64,000 nt of DNA from Squalus acanthias (taxonomy: Eukaryota), in NCBI GenBank assembly GCA_030390025.1, contig CM059432.1, forward strand, positions 110,486,001-110,550,000, given 5' to 3'. Both the position numbers and the translations under genes were made by a program. Positions 9,799 through 23,723 of the stretch are shown in pieces. Numbering within the stretch: the first letter of the stretch is position 1; every line of letters begins with the position of its first letter. The notes under the pieces were generated by a model. It saw only the letters and a program-made list of their open reading frames with translations, was not told the origin of the DNA and made no database searches.

Positions 9799-11211
9799 CT
9801 AATAGTAGGTGCATTTTAGCCCAAACTACAAGTTTAAAGTTACCTGGGACCACTACCCATCCCCCAACCATGCCTGTTCTTTGTTTACATCAGTGAGTCC
9901 TGGAACTTCGATCAAATTTGCTGGACTTCTCTGTCATCAAGACTACGCTAATCCACTGGACTACACTGTAAGATTCAGCTGCTGTGGCTTTAATCTGTTG
10001 TTCAGTTGCTTATGTTTTAAGGTAACTTTGTCTCGCCTACAGCCCATCCCCCCCCACTGCTGGTGTTACCTGCTGAGCTTATGACTGTGCTACTGGCCCT
10101 ACTGTTTTTCAGCTTTGTTTTGTTGCAGTGTGGTTCCTGGCCAGATATTCACTCTCCTGGGCTGTAAATCCATTTCTCCACTGCTTCCGGATCTTACAGT
10201 GACCTCCAACTTCGCCACTGTTTTATGCCCCATGATCGATTCTCTACACCTGGCGCTTCATTTCCACGGAAATACCTCCAGCAGCTCGTCCTCCGATACT
10301 CTACCCTTCAAATAGCTTCTGGAATCACTCGTCCTTCGCAACTGTTTCCGACCCTGGACATCAGTTCGCTGAGGCTCCAAGCTAATTCCACCTTATCTAC
10401 GTCAGCTTTATCCCACCACGGGACCTCTGACTTTAACTTTGGACTCACTCCTATTGTCTCCTCTCTATTTTCCGTTTATTACCAAGACATACCTATCCTA
10501 ATCTTGCTATGTAAACCATGCCTCTATAACTAAAGTTTCCCTGTGTCCATTAGTCTGTGCGTTTAGGCTGCTGCTCCGGACCCGAGCACATCACTTCTAT
10601 TACACTTTTTTTCTACTTTTCTCTTTACTCTTCATAGGCCCCTTGCTCCTGTCGTCATGCCTCTTTTCATTTCTCCACTCTCGGGTACTCTGCTCCTCAA
10701 ATCCCGACACCAACCCTTCACCACTCCTCGACCTCCGTACTCTCTTGCAAGCGTCCAAGTCTTGACTCCCTCTAGGATAAGCCTACAGCTTCCCTCTATG
10801 CCTCACTTGGCATCCTCCGAAGGGCCCACTGAAGCACTAGTCGCTGCCTCCTTATGAATAGCATCCCCAACCGCCCAATCCTACTCTCACCGACCTTCCC
10901 ATCCAACGCCTAACCTTGCCAAACACCTTCCCATCCCATTCACTCCTCCCAGCGCTGACCCTGTGGACTCTGCCAGCAGATCAGCTATCACCACCCCTTT
11001 CTGCAACTCCCTCCCGATGTCCGTTCACTTATGAACAAGGGCCTTGCCATCAATTGCAGCAACATCATGGCCTTGACAGAAACTTGACTTAAGGGTGATG
11101 ACACCTTCCTCTTTAATGAAGCCTCCCCGCCTGGCTATACCTTCCACCATTTGCCCCGCCCAGACCATCGCAGTGGTGTTGTGGGCCTTATCACCAAATC
11201 AGACCTTGGTC

Positions 11212-11460
11212 TTGAAAGTTATTTTAAATCTGCTTCCACCACTCTTTCAGGCAGTGCATTCCAGATCACAACAACTCACTGTGTAAAAAAATGTTTCCTC
11301 ATGTCGCCTCTTTTTTTGGCCAATTACCTTAAATCTGTGTCCTCTGGTTATCGACACTTCTGCCACTGGAAACAGTTTCTCCTTATTTACTCTATCAAAA
11401 CCCTTCTTGATTTTGAACACATTTATCAAATCTCCTCTTAACTTTGTCTGCTTTAAAGAG
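11212..11460 (-). mobile_element. CR1 fragment inserted in L2
   Basis: VFKIKKGFDRVNKEKLFPVAEVSITRGHRFK. Confidence 0.85.
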
Positions 11461-12459
11461 GTCCCCCTACTCCTCTGGGACCTTCTCCTCCTTTGAGCAT
11501 TTTACCTTGTTCCACCCCTCTCACCTCTCCTTTAAAAGCCTCATTCTCTACCACACACCCAAGTACCACACCAAGTTTCTCACCGAGGTATCTTCACTGC
11601 TTTCCTCCTCAGCCTCTGCACCGAGCGACTTCTCATCCTCGGTGATTTCAACCTCCATGTTAATTCATCATGCTCTCTCTCCTCTGAGTTCACTACCCTC
11701 TTATCCTCCCTTAACCTCTCCCTCCATATAAACTCTCCTACTCATATTCACGGGCACCCCCTTGATCTTAGCATCTCAGGTGGCCCCTCTGCTCCCATCG
11801 TATCAACCACAGATAAGGCCAACTCGAATCACGTCCCTGTATCCCTCTCCACTCTTATCCCCCTTCCCCCTCCAAGCTCCATTTCCTTCTGTGTCCGCCC
11901 CTGGGAAAAACTCTCCCCCAAGTCACTTACAACAGCACTTTCATATTCCCAACTGTCCAGCCTTTGGCCTTCCATTCGCCACAATATTTCTGCTCAATCA
12001 CACCCTCACCTCCACCTTTGATGCCCTTGCCCCCAGTAAAACTATACTCTCTCTCACCCTGGTTGTTCTCCTTGGTACGGCCCCCATTTCTGCTCCCTTA
12101 TGTCCAAGGGATACAGACTTGAACGTTTATTGCGGTCAAATGGTTTAACCATTCATCGTCAGATCTGGCTGTACCACATAAAGCTCTATCCTGCTCTCCG
12201 CGGCCAAAACTGTTCACTATTCCAGGATCATCCTGGAATGCAAAGCTAATCCCCGGCTTCTCTTCTCCACTATAACCTGTCTTCTTAATCCCATTTCTCC
12301 TGCCCATTCCACCCTCACCTCCAACAACAAGTGTGAGGAGCTCAGAGAGTTCTTTGTTTGGGGAAGTTGAGGGACCTGATCGGGTCCTTTGACCTGGTGG
12401 ACATCATCGTCAGTATTTACAGAAGAGATAGCAAGGAAACTAATATTGAGTCATTCTAT

Positions 12460-13985
12460 TGCGACAATCCAGGACAGATTTTCAAGGTGTTCACTCACCC
12501 TATCCTTAATTATAGACTCTAGTAATATCCCAACAACAGATGTTAGGCTAACTGGTCTATAATTCCTTGGTTTCCCTCTCTCACCATTCTTACATGTGCA
12601 ATTTTCCTATCTAAAAGAATGGTTCCCAAATCAAGAGAACTTTAGAAGATTATAGTTAGGGTATCCACAATGTTCTCACTTACTTCCTTTAAACCCTGGG
12701 ATGGAAACCATCTGGTCCTGATGATTTGTCACTCTTTCGTGCCATTATTTTCTTCGCTACTGTTATTTTGCATACGTTAATTTTGGTGAGTCCCCGTCCC
12801 TGATTCAATATATTTACTGACGCAAAGTAATTATTCATGATTTCTGCCATTTCCTTATTTTTATTGACCATATCACCGTTATCATACCGTTTCAAGGAGT
12901 CCACATTGCTCCTGACTACACTCTTTTTCCTAACACAATTGTAAAAAAATGTTGTGTTGATTTTGATATCACTTGCAAGTTTCTTTTCATATTCCCTTTT
13001 CATAGTTCTTACGATCTGTTTTGTCAAGTTTTGCTGTTCTTTGTATCTCTCCCAGTTGCTAGGATCTGTGCTAATTTTTGTATGCTTTTCTTTTTGTTTT
13101 ATGTTGTCCCATACCTCTTTTTATTGTGTCTGTTTTTTTCTGGCAAGTAGAGCTCTTGCCCCTTCGGGGTATAAACTGGTTCTGTATCACATTTAATTAT
13201 TTTTTGAACACCTCCCCTGATCTTCTGTCGTTTTACCCATTAACAGATTTGCCCAGTTTACTGTGGACAGTCTCTGTCTCATTGCATTGAAGTCAGCCTT
13301 ACCCAAATCTAGAATCTTAGTAGCTGTTTAGTGTTTCTCCCTTTCAAACACAACGTTGAACTCCATCAGATTATGACGGCTATTAGATAAATGTTCAGGC
13401 ACAGTTAGGCTGTTAACCAAATCTGGCTCATTACTCATTACTAAATCTAATATGGCATCCCCCCTTGTTGGTCCTAGGACATATTGTTGTAGAAAACTAT
13501 CCCAGACACACTCAAGAAATTCATTACCTTTCTGATAGGTGCTAGTCTGCTTATCCCAATCTATATGAAATTTAAAATCCTCCATTAAAACCACTCTGCC
13601 TTTACTACACGCTTGGCTAATCTCTGCATTTATACAATCTAGCATTTCACGGCTGCTATCAGGGGGCCTGTACACAACTCCCACTACAGTCTTAAATCCT
13701 TTCCTATTTCTTAATTTAACCCATAAGGTCGCTACTGCCTGCTTACCTCTCGTTATATCCTCTCTCATCATTGAAGTGATTTCATCCTTAATCACTAAGG
13801 CTACTCCTCCCCCTCCGCCATTTTCCCTACCTTTCCTGTAGACCTTATAACCTGGTATATTTAGTTCCCAGTCCTGACTCAGTAATGGCTACCATGTCAT
13901 ACACTCCAAGTTGAATTTGCACCTGCAATTCATTCAATTTGTTCCTTATACTCCATGCGTTTGTGTAAAGAATGCTTAGTTGGGC
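12460..13985 (-). mobile_element. Degraded CR1 ORF2 (endonuclease-linker-RT start)
   Basis: ILYTNAWSIRNK, VVGVVYRPP, PTRGDAILDLV, KSSGPDGFHPRV across ORFs 13845, 13328 and 12689. Confidence 0.9.
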
Positions 13986-14266
13986 CATATACCCTGATGT
14001 GTGTATCATCCCAACCTCCTCACTCTGCCTTCTCAAGCTTACTCCAGCACATCACCCCTCACATCCGCTAACCTTACAGGTACACCCAACCCTCTCTGTC
14101 TATCCACTTCCTCACATCCCCATCTATCCATCCACCACTCTCACTCACCCTCATCCTTATGCAATGTCATGCCTCTCCCTCATTGTCATCCTTAACAAAT
14201 GCACTCCATCCATCCCTTCAACATGTGTCATTACTCTCACTCATAGGTCTCTTTCCCTCCTTGCAG

Positions 14267-14410
14267 GAGAAGAGAGCACAAAACATGAGAAAGAGGCAGA
14301 GAACTGGAGGTGGCCCTCCAGCCATCTTGCAACTGACAACTGCAGAGGAGGAGGCGCTGGAGATCAGCGGAGTCTCGGTGTGCCTGGCCGTCGGAGATGG
14401 GTGTCCGCCA
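14267..14410 (+). pseudogene. Harbinger Myb/SANT-like gene, internal exon
   Basis: Acceptor CTTTCCCTCCTTGCAG, then EKRAQNMRKRQRTGGGPPAILQLTTAEEEALEI; TGGG is typical of Harbinger Myb proteins. Confidence 0.75.
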
Positions 14411-14519
14411 GCTACCTAGTGATAGAATTAAATATCAGACATCCACATGGCACACAATACTCACTCATATTGACTTGATGTCAACAGCGAGTGAAATATG
14501 ATCATGTGCTAAATGATAA

Positions 14520-15130
14520 CTTGCAGTCAATGATGCCCTGCACCTGTGGGAGCCAGCCAGAACTGTAAACCTGAGCGCCCGCTCATTCTGACTGGCGTCA
14601 TCACAGGCGAAGTTCATATAAATGCCGGTCCAGGCAAAGAAGCAAACAGTCACCTCTCTTATTCATGTGTGGGCCATTGACTGGGAGATCCTGCAAATGT
14701 ATCTGGCAGAGCCCTGGAAGGATCCAGAGCAACGTTCCCTTTAAGCTGCGTGGCCTCGCAGTGTTCCAGGGATCCCGTGCTGCCGGCTTGCTGGCTTTAC
14801 AATGCAAAAACCGCGCATGTGCAGTGTTTTGAATGGCCCGCACAGCCCCTTAAAGGGGCCGCGTGGCGTAAAAAAAAATTAGAGGGAACATTGATCCAGA
14901 GGCAAAAAAGTTGAGGGCGGTGGTGACTTTGACAGCCAATGGTAAAGCATGGCCACCAGGCCCAGCTGGCAGCTGGTCTTGTTCCAGCAGGCTGCAAATG
15001 TCTGCCACCACCTGACACGACACCCCGAGCCTCCTGAGACACTGGTGTGCCGACACATCTGGAAGCTTATCCTCGGCCTGTGCACCCTATGTGCCGGGTA
15101 TGGCCTCGTGCGAGCTGCACCTCTCTGCTG
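14520..15130 (-). pseudogene. HARBI1-like Harbinger transposase, N-terminal part, frameshifted and truncated
   Basis: QCLRRL..HALPLAVKVTTALNFFASGS|FQGSA..ISQS..ERALRF..AG..QVQGIIDC. Interrupted by a hAT MITE. Confidence 0.85.
14730..14893. mobile_element. hAT-type MITE (164 bp)
   Basis: TIR CAACGTTCCCTTTAA / TTAGAGGGAACATTG; perfect 8-bp TSD ATCCAGAG (14722-14729, 14894-14901). Confidence 0.9.
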
Positions 15131-18108
15131 ATCCCCTCTCTCCTGTGGAGCTGCAGGTCTCTGAGCAGCAGGCTGCTGCTGGTGCAGGTCCTCCTCCTGC
15201 TCCTGCTGGTGATGTTGGTCATCTTGGTCCTCATCTGCAGTCCAAAGTAACACAGCGTAAGCTTTGAGCTCCAAAGTGCAGATCAGACCTCCGGACCTCC
15301 GAACCTCCAAAGTGTGTAAAGTAACCTCTCAGCACAAGTACTGTGAACGAACCCTTTCACACAAGCAGGTAGGAAAGCAGCTGAGTACTGAGTACTAATT
15401 GGCATATTTCCCTGACATGGCTTCAGCTCCCTCAATTGCCACTGAGTACCGCCTTGCTTTCACTGGCGAGTTCCAGAAAGCCTGGGAAACCCGTGGAGCC
15501 AAAATTAAAGTGCAAAACCCACGTAAATATTGCTCTTATTGAGCGATTAACATATTGAAATTGATAACCCGCCTCTCCCTAACGCGCTGAAGTCAAATGC
15601 GGAAGTCGGAGGGTTGGAGCCAGCTTCCCGACGCGCTCGCATTTTTCCTGGATTTCACCTGCCACCAGCACCCAAACCCATGCGCTCACCCTCATTACAA
15701 ATCCCCCCCCCCATCCGTTCAGCTGCCTCTGCTGCTTCTCTCCCTTTCCCAGCTCACTAAGCCAAACTTCTCCCAAGTTTCCCCCTGCCCAAGCCCTGAA
15801 CTTGCATTTTACTCTGGTTTCTCTCCTATTTCTCCTCATGCTTTCGCCAAGCTCAGCTTGTCAATGAGACCGACCTCCTGCTCCCTCGAACCTATTCCCA
15901 CAAAACTGCTGACCACCCAGCTTCCCTTCCTGGCCCCCATGTTAGCTGATATTGTTAACGGCTCTCTCTCCTCAGGTACTGCCCCCCTCTCCCTCAAATC
16001 TGTCGCAATCACCCCCTCCTCAAACATCTCACCCTTGACCCCTCTGTCCTTGCAAACTACCGTCCTATCTCCAACCTCTCTTTTCGTCACCAAAGTCCGT
16101 GAACGTGTTGTCACCTCCCACATCTGTGCCCATCTTTCCCAGAACTCCATGTTTGAGCCCCTCCAATCAGATTTCCGCCCCTGCCACAGCACTGAAATGG
16201 CCATTATCAAAGTCACAACTATGTGACTATGACCGTGGTAAACTATTCCTCCTCATTCTTCTTGACCTGTCTGCAGCCTTTGACACAGTTGATCACACCA
16301 TCCTCCTCCAGCGCCTCTCCTCCGTTGTCCAGCTCGGTGGGACTGCCCTTGCCTGGTTCCATTCGTATCTATCCAGCTTAGCTAGAGAATCTCCTGCAAT
16401 GGCTTTTCTTCCCACTCCTGCATCGTTACCTCTGGAGACCCCCAAGGATCTATCCTTGGATCCTTCTATTTCTCATCTACAAGCTGGCCCTCGGCGACAT
16501 CATCCGAAAACAGGTTCCACATATATGCTGACGACACCCAGCTCTACCTCACCACCCCCTCTCTCTACCCCTCCACTGCCTCTGATTTGTCACACTGCTT
16601 GTCCGACATCCAGTGTTGGATGAGCAGAAATTTCGTCCCGTTCACCCATCACCCCGGTGCTCGCTGACCTACATTGGCTCCCAGTCTGGCAGCGCCTTGA
16701 TTTTAAAATTCTCCTCCTTATTTTCTTATCTCATGGCCTCGCCCCCTGCCCCACCCACTCCCACCCCCCACATCTTTGTAACCTCCTCTAGCCCCACAAC
16801 CCTTTGGGATTTCTGTGTTCCTCCAATTCTGATCTCTTGCACATCTCCAATTTTCATCGCTTCACCATTGGCAGACGTGGCTTCAGCTACCTAGACCCCA
16901 AGCTCTGGAATTTCATCCCTTAAACCTCTCTGCCTCTCTAGCTCTCTCTCCTCCTTTAAGTAACTCCTTAAAATCTACCTCTCTGACCAAGCTTTTAGTC
17001 ACCTGTCCTAATATATCGTTATGTGGTTCAGTGTCAAATTTTGGTTGATGAAGCTCCTGTGAAGTGCCTTGGGATGTTTCACAACGTTAAAAGCACTTTA
17101 TAAATGAAAGATGTTGTTGTTAACCTGCGTTGCTACTTTTAATGATTTGTCAATCTGTAGCCCTCGATCCCTTTGCGCCTCTACCCCATTTACACTCTTA
17201 TTTTCCAAGGAGTAGATGGCCTCATTATTCTTCCTACCAAAATGCAATACCACACACTTACCTGTATTGAAATTCATTGCCCATGTACATGCCCATTCTG
17301 CAAGCTTAATATTTTCTTGTATTTTGTCATAGTGTTCCTCAATATTAACTATACCCCCCCAATTTGATGTCATCCACAAATTTTTGTTTTGTACTTCTGA
17401 TTCCTGAGTCAAAATCATTGATACAAATGCTGAACAACAGTGGTCCCAGGACCGATCCCTGTGGAACACCACCTCCTGCCAGTCTGAGTGACTACCTTTA
17501 ACCCCCACTCTCTGTTTTCTGTTCTGTCGTCAGTTTTCTATCCATTCTGCTACTTGTCCCCTGACTCCACATGCTCTGCTTTAGTCATAAGTCTACTAAG
17601 ATAAAGGCCTTATCAAGGGTCTTTTGAAAGTCCATGTGATTTCAAATAAAACTGTTGGACTATAACCTGGTGTTGTGCGACCTCTCAATTTTATCACATC
17701 AACTGCATTATCCTTGACTACTCTTTCTCTGACTACTTCAAAGCACGACCTTCCTTTTTGAAATCGGTGCTGCCTATTCTTTATTATATTTTTTGTTTTT
17801 AGATGTTTTTCTATTACATCTTTGAGTTAAAATTCCAATATCTTTCCTACCACCGATGTTAAACTAACTGGTTTATAGTTTCCTCGATTTGTTCTGTCTC
17901 CCTGTTTATATATAAGAATCACAGTAGCTGTCCGCCAGTCCTTTGCACTATTCCCTTTTCTATTGATTTTATATGTAATAGTGCCTCTGATATCTCTTCC
18001 CTAGTTTATTTCAGTATGCACGGATGCAATCCATCTGGAACAGGGGATTTATCCTCTTGAAGTTTGGCTAGTTTATCAATTATCTCCCTTTCTATTTTAA
18101 ATGTCTTT

Positions 18109-18807
18109 GGGGGAAAAATTCGGTGGCTTTGCGCCTCCCGTTAGCGCCCCAAAGCAACTAGCACCCGGGCGCGGCGCCGCCAACGCCTCCCGTGAAATTC
18201 AGCGGGAGGTTAGCGGCGGCGGTAACCGTTAGCGCCCCGCAGCGCTGCGCCACCGGTGATGACATCATCGCTGTGCGCAGGGTCCCGCTCGCGCCCCGAC
18301 CGCGATCTTCGGTAGTGCCCCCTGACTTACCACCGGACGCTATGTCCGACGGGGTCAGGGGGGCCTACCTGCGGCCGGGGCAGCGCTAATTAAAGGCGAG
18401 GTGCCAGGCGGCCATTTTTGTTGCTGGCCGCCTACCAGCACCTGCCCCCGTTGCCGTCTCCAGCCTTCTGAGCAGCCCCTCCGCGGAGTGCTGGCTGTGC
18501 TCTGTGAGCCCGGCACTCCTCTTGAGTGCTGGGCTCTTTTGCCGGCACTCCGATCCCTGGTGGCCCAGCTGGGCCCCGGGTCGCGCTGCCAAGGCCCCTC
18601 CCCTTTAAGAAGGGGAGGTAGGCCATGCCGTACCGCGGCGTGATGTGCTGCAGCGCCCCAAGAGGAAGGCGGGACGCTTCCAGTAGTGCCCCGCTTCCCT
18701 CTTGGGGCGCTACCAATGAATTTCGGCTGCGGGGGCGCTAATTTTTTTGGGGCGCTAAAAGTAACGAAGTTAGCGCCCCAAAGGGGGCGCGACTCCATTT
18801 TCCCCCC
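18109..18807 (+). mobile_element. GC/CpG-rich Harbinger-type MITE family B, copy 1
   Basis: Ends GGGGGAAAAATT / ATTTTCCCCCC; TSD TTT; repeated subterminal TAGCGCCC. Inverted homolog of 44945-45681. Confidence 0.85.
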
Positions 18808-18930
18808 TTTATCTTTTTTGATCTCTTCCTCTAATGTCATATATACCCTGTTAGTCTCCATGGTAAATAATGAGGCAAAGTATTTATTCAATATTTCTGC
18901 CATTTCGCTGTCATTAACTGTGAGTTTATC

Positions 18931-20070
18931 TTTTTTTAAATTCATTTATGGGATGTGGGCATCGCTGGCAAGGCCAGCATTTATTGCCCATCCTAATTGC
19001 CCTTGAGAAGGTGGTGGTGAGCCACTTTCTTGAACCGCTGCAGTCCGTGTGGCGAAGGTACTCCCACGGTGCTGTTAGATAGAGAGTTCCAGGATTTTGA
19101 CCCAGCGACGATGAAGGATTGGCGATATATTTCCAAGTCAGGATGGTGTGTGACTTGGAGAGGAACTTGGAGGTGGTGGTGTTCCCATGTGCCTGCTGCC
19201 CTTGTCCTTCAAGGTGGAAGAGGTCACAGGTTTGGGAGGTGCTGCCAAAGAAGCCTTGTAGATGGTACTCACTGCAGCCACGGTATGCCAGTGGTGGAGG
19301 GAGTGAATGTTTAAGGTGGTGGATGGGGTGTCAATCAAGCGGGCTGATTTGTCCTGGATGGTGTCGAGCTTCTTGAGTGTTGTTGGAGCTGCACTCATCC
19401 AGGCAAGTGGAGAGTATTCCATCACACTCCTTACTTGTGCCTTGTAGATGGTGGAAAGGCTTTGGGGAGTCAGGAGGTGAGACACTCGCCTCAGAATACC
19501 CAGCCTCTGACCTGCTCTTGTTGCCACAGTATTTATGTGGCTGGTCCAGTTAAGTCTCTGGTCAATGGTGACCCCCAGAATGTTGGTGGTGGGGGATTCG
19601 GCGATGGTAATGCCGTTGAATGTCAAGGGGCAGTGGTTAGACTCTCGCTTGTTGGAGATAGTCATTGCCTGGCACTTCTGTGGCGCGAATGTTACCTGCC
19701 ACTTATCAGCCCAAGCCTGAATGTCGTCCAGGTCTTGTTGCATGCGGGCATTGACTGCTTCATTATCTGAGGAGTTGTGAATGGCACTGAACACTGTGCA
19801 GTCATCAGCAAACATCCCCATTTCTGACATTATGTTGGAGGGATGGTCATTGATGAAACAGCTGAAGATGGTTGGGCCTAGGACACTGCCCTGAGGAACT
19901 CCTGCAGTGTTGTCCTGGGGCTGTGATGACCTTCAACCACTACAACCATCCTCCTTTGTGCTAGGTATGACTCCAGCCAGTGGAGAGTTTCCCCCCCGAT
20001 TTACTCGGGCTCCTTGATGCCACACCCAGTCAAATGCTGCCTTGATGTCAAGAGCAGTCACTCTCACCTC
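18931..20070 (-). mobile_element. 5'-truncated LINE of a second CR1/Jockey-group family (FADDCTVF type, poly-A tail)
   Basis: MFADDCTVFSAIH...WQVTFAPQKC...IYKAQVRSVMEY; poly-T at 18931. Confidence 0.9.
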
Positions 20071-20734
20071 ACTCACTCTTATCCATCCCTTTGTGGCCCT
20101 ATTCCTATCTTAATTGTCCTTTTGTTGTTATTTTACTCCTTCGTTAACAATTTAATTTTGTAATTCCTCTTTGCCTTCCTAAGTGTTATTTTAACGTCTT
20201 TCTTAACCTCTTCTTTTGTCATCTTCTCCTTTATTGTCTATGTACTTAATGTGTGCCTTTTTCATTAGATTCAATTTTAACCTTATCTCTTTATTCATCC
20301 ATGGTGTCTCATTATTGGCTCATGTGCTCATGTTTTTTAGTGGAATATATTTCTCCAGAACGGCATTGATCACTTTTTAAAATTTACCTTTACTAGTTCC
20401 ATCTTCATCCCTTCCTAATTAATTTTTTTCCCAATCTATTACTTTGGTCTTTGTTTTACATATGGCTCTCTCAATTATTATCTTAAACCTTACATAAGAA
20501 CATAAGAACATAAGAAATAGGAGCAGGAGTAGGCCAATCGGCCCCTCGAGCCTGCTCCGCCATTCAATAAGATCATGGCTGATCTGATCCTAACCGCCAA
20601 TCTACTATCTACTATCACAGAACCATCTCCTGCATCTAACAGAATTGCACACACGAAATAGGAGCAGAATCAGGCTACACGGTCCCTGGGCCCGCTCCAC
20701 TACCCACAGGGCCATGACCGATCCGAACCTAGAC

Positions 20735-23685
20735 TCATGTCCAAATTCCTGCCCGCTCCCCGTAACCCTTAATGCCCTTTACTTCTAGGAAACTGTCTAT
20801 TTCTGTTTTAAATTTATTTAATGATGTAGCTTCTACAGCTTTTTGTGGCAGCAAATTCCATGGACCTACCACCCTCTGAGTGAAGTAGTTCCTCCTCATC
20901 TCAGTTTTGAAAGAGCAGCCCCTTATTCTAAGACTATGTCCCCTACTTCTAGTCTCACCCGTCATCGGGAATATCCTCCCCGCATCCACCCGATCCAACC
21001 CCTTCACAATCTTATATGTTTCAATAAGATCGCCTCTCATTCTTCTGAACTCCAATGAGTAGAGTCCCAATCTACCCAACCTCTCCTCATATGTCCATCC
21101 CCTCATCCCCGGGATTAACTGAGTGAACCTTTTTTGCACTGCCTCGAGAGCAAGGATGTCTTTCCTTAAGTAAGGACACCAAAACTGTATGCAGTATTCC
21201 AGGTGCGGTCTCACCAATACCTTGTACAACTGAAGTAATACCTCCCTATTTTTATATTCTATCCCCCTAGCAATGAAAGCCAACATTCCATTTGCCTTCT
21301 TAATCACTTGCTGCACCTGCATACTAACCTTTTGAGTTTCGTGCACCAGGACCCCCAGATCCCTTTGCACTTCAGTACTCTCCAGTTTCTTGCCATTAAG
21401 ATAATAAATTGCTCTAGGATTTTTCCTGCCAATGTGCATCACCTCACACTTTCCAGTGTTGTATTCCATCTGCCAAATCTCTGCCCACTTACTTAGCCTG
21501 TCTATGTCCCCTTGCAGGTTTTTTATGTCCTCCTCACTCACTACTTTCCCTCCCATCTTAGTATCATCTGCAAACTTTGATATGTTACACTCGGTCCCTT
21601 CCTTCAAATCGTTAATATAGATTGTAAAGAGTTGGGGACCCAGCACTGACCCCTGTGGAACACCACTAGTTACTGATTGCCAGTCTGAGAATGAACCATT
21701 TATCCCAACTCTTTGCTTTCTGTTAGATAGCCAATCCTCTATCCATGCCAGAATATTACCCCCAATCCCGTGATTTTTTACCTTAAGCAATAATCTTTTG
21801 TGTGGCACCTTGTCAAATGCCTTTTGGAAGTCTAAATACACTACGTCCACTGGTTCCCCTTTATCCACTCTATATGTTACTTCCTCAAAGAACTCCAGCA
21901 AATTTGTCAAACATGACTTCCCCTTCGTAAAACCATGCTGACTTTGTCCTATTAAATTATGATTATCCAAATGTCCTGTTACTGTTTCCTTAATAATGGA
22001 CTCCAAAATTTTACCTACCACAGATGTTAGGCTAACCGGTCTATAGCTACCAGCCTTCTGTCTACTGCCCTTTTTAAATAAGGGTGTTACATTAGCAGTT
22101 TTCCAGTCTGCCGGGACCTTAGCGGAATCCAGGGAGTTTTGAAAATTATTACCAATGCATCTACAATCCCTACCGCCACTTCCTTCAAGACTCTAGGATG
22201 TAAGCCATCAGGTCCAGGTGATTTAGCCGCCTTGAGTCCCATTATTTTACCGAGTACCACTTCCTTAGTGATTTTGATCGTGTTTAGCTCCTCTCCCTCT
22301 ACAGCCCCCTGTTTGTCCAGTGTTGGGATATTCTTAGTGTCCTCTACTGTAAAGACTGATACAAAATATTCATTCAGTGTTTTTGCCATCTCCATATTTC
22401 CCACCATTAATTTCCCGGTCTCATCCTCTAAGGGACCAACATTTACTTTAGCCACCCTTTTTCTTTTTATATAACTATAAAAACTCTTACTATCTGTTTT
22501 TATATTTTTTGCTAATTTACTTTCATAATCTATCTTCCCTTTCTTAATCAATCTTTTTGTTATTTTTTGCTGCGTTTTAAAGTTTTCCCAATCCTCTGTC
22601 CTCCCACTAGATTTCGCTACCTTATATGCCCTTGTTTTTAGTCGAATACTATCCTTAATTTCTTTACTTAGCCACGGATGACTGTCCTTTCTTTTACACC
22701 CTTTTCTTTTCAGTGGAATATATATTTTTTGGAAGTTGTAAAATAACTCCTTGAATGTACACCACTGATCATGTGTCGTCTTACCCTTTAATCTATTTTC
22801 CCAATCCACTCTACTCAATTCCGCTCGCATACCTTCATAGTCTCCTTTATTCAAGCTTAGCACGCTTGTTTGAGATCCAACCTTCTCACCCTCTAATTGA
22901 ATATGGAATTCAACCATGTTATGGTCACTCATTCCAAGGGGATCCTTTACTAGGACATTTTTAATTAATCCTGTCTCGTTACACAGGACCAGATCTAAGG
23001 TTGCTTGCCCCCTGGTCGGTTCAGTTACATACTGCTCAAGAAACCCATCCCTAATACACTCAATGAACTCATCCTCAAGGCAGCCCTGCCCCATTTGATT
23101 TGTCCAATTAATATGATAGTTAAAATCCCCCATAATTATAGATGTTCCCTTATTACATGCCTCAACTATTTCCTGATTGATACTCCGCCCAACAGAGTTG
23201 CAACTGTTCGGAGGCCTATAGACTACGCCCACTAGTGTTTTTTTCCCCTTATTATTCCTTATCTCCACCCAAACTGTTTCATTATCATGATTTTTTGACC
23301 CAATATCATTACTCTGTATTACAGTGATTCCTTCCTTTATTAACATAGCCACCCCACCTCCCCTTCCTTCCTGCCTGTCCTTCCTGATCGTTAAATAACC
23401 TGGTATGTTTAATTCCCAGGCATTGTCACCCTGCAGCCGTGTTTCTGTAATGGCCACAATATCATAACCATATGTAGTTATTTGTGCCATTAACTCGTCT
23501 ATTTTGTTACGAATGCTACGTGCATTCAGATAGAGAACTTTCAAATATGCTTTGTGGCACTTAGTTCCTGCTTTTTCACTTTTTACCACTTTACCTTTTA
23601 CTCCACACACTCTGTCCCTTCCTGCCACGCTCTGATTTGTGATTCCCCTACTGCTACCTATGTCTATGACCCTCTCTGTTGTCAT
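20735..23685 (-). pseudogene. CR1 ORF2p (APE endonuclease + RT) with one 1-bp frameshift at ~22141
   Basis: ORF 22087-23685 (YLNARSIRNK, YRPP, GDFN, SDH) and ORF 20735-22021 (QHGF, DFQKAFDKV, PQGSVLGP, FADD) join if one base is restored, as seen in the paralog at 41821-41840. Confidence 0.9.
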
Positions 23686-23723
23686 TTTTATTTTTTGCTC
23701 TCTTGAAACCTCCCCCCCACTAA

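Larger units (their letters stand above)
13990..15711. mobile_element. Decayed PIF/Harbinger transposon remnant 1
   Basis: Myb-gene exon on + and HARBI1-like transposase on -, convergent. Right terminus AAATCCCCCCCC at ~15700-15711, where the L2 host resumes. Confidence 0.8.
10960..17095 (+). mobile_element. L2 LINE (endonuclease to 3' end), interrupted at 11212-11460 and 12359-15711
   Basis: APE motifs (VRSLMNK, IMALTET*LKGDD) at ~11015-11100. RT motifs [13 protein letters not shown] (~16260) and YADD (TATGCTGACGAC, ~16524). L2 3' tail to ~17095. Pyrimidine-rich sequence upstream to ~10100 may be its 5' part. Confidence 0.85.

Noticed and set aside
12359..12440. Tiny possible L1/Tx1 endonuclease scrap (LRDLIGSFDLVDI) at the L2 breakpoint
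   Set aside because: Only ~45 bp; too short to support.
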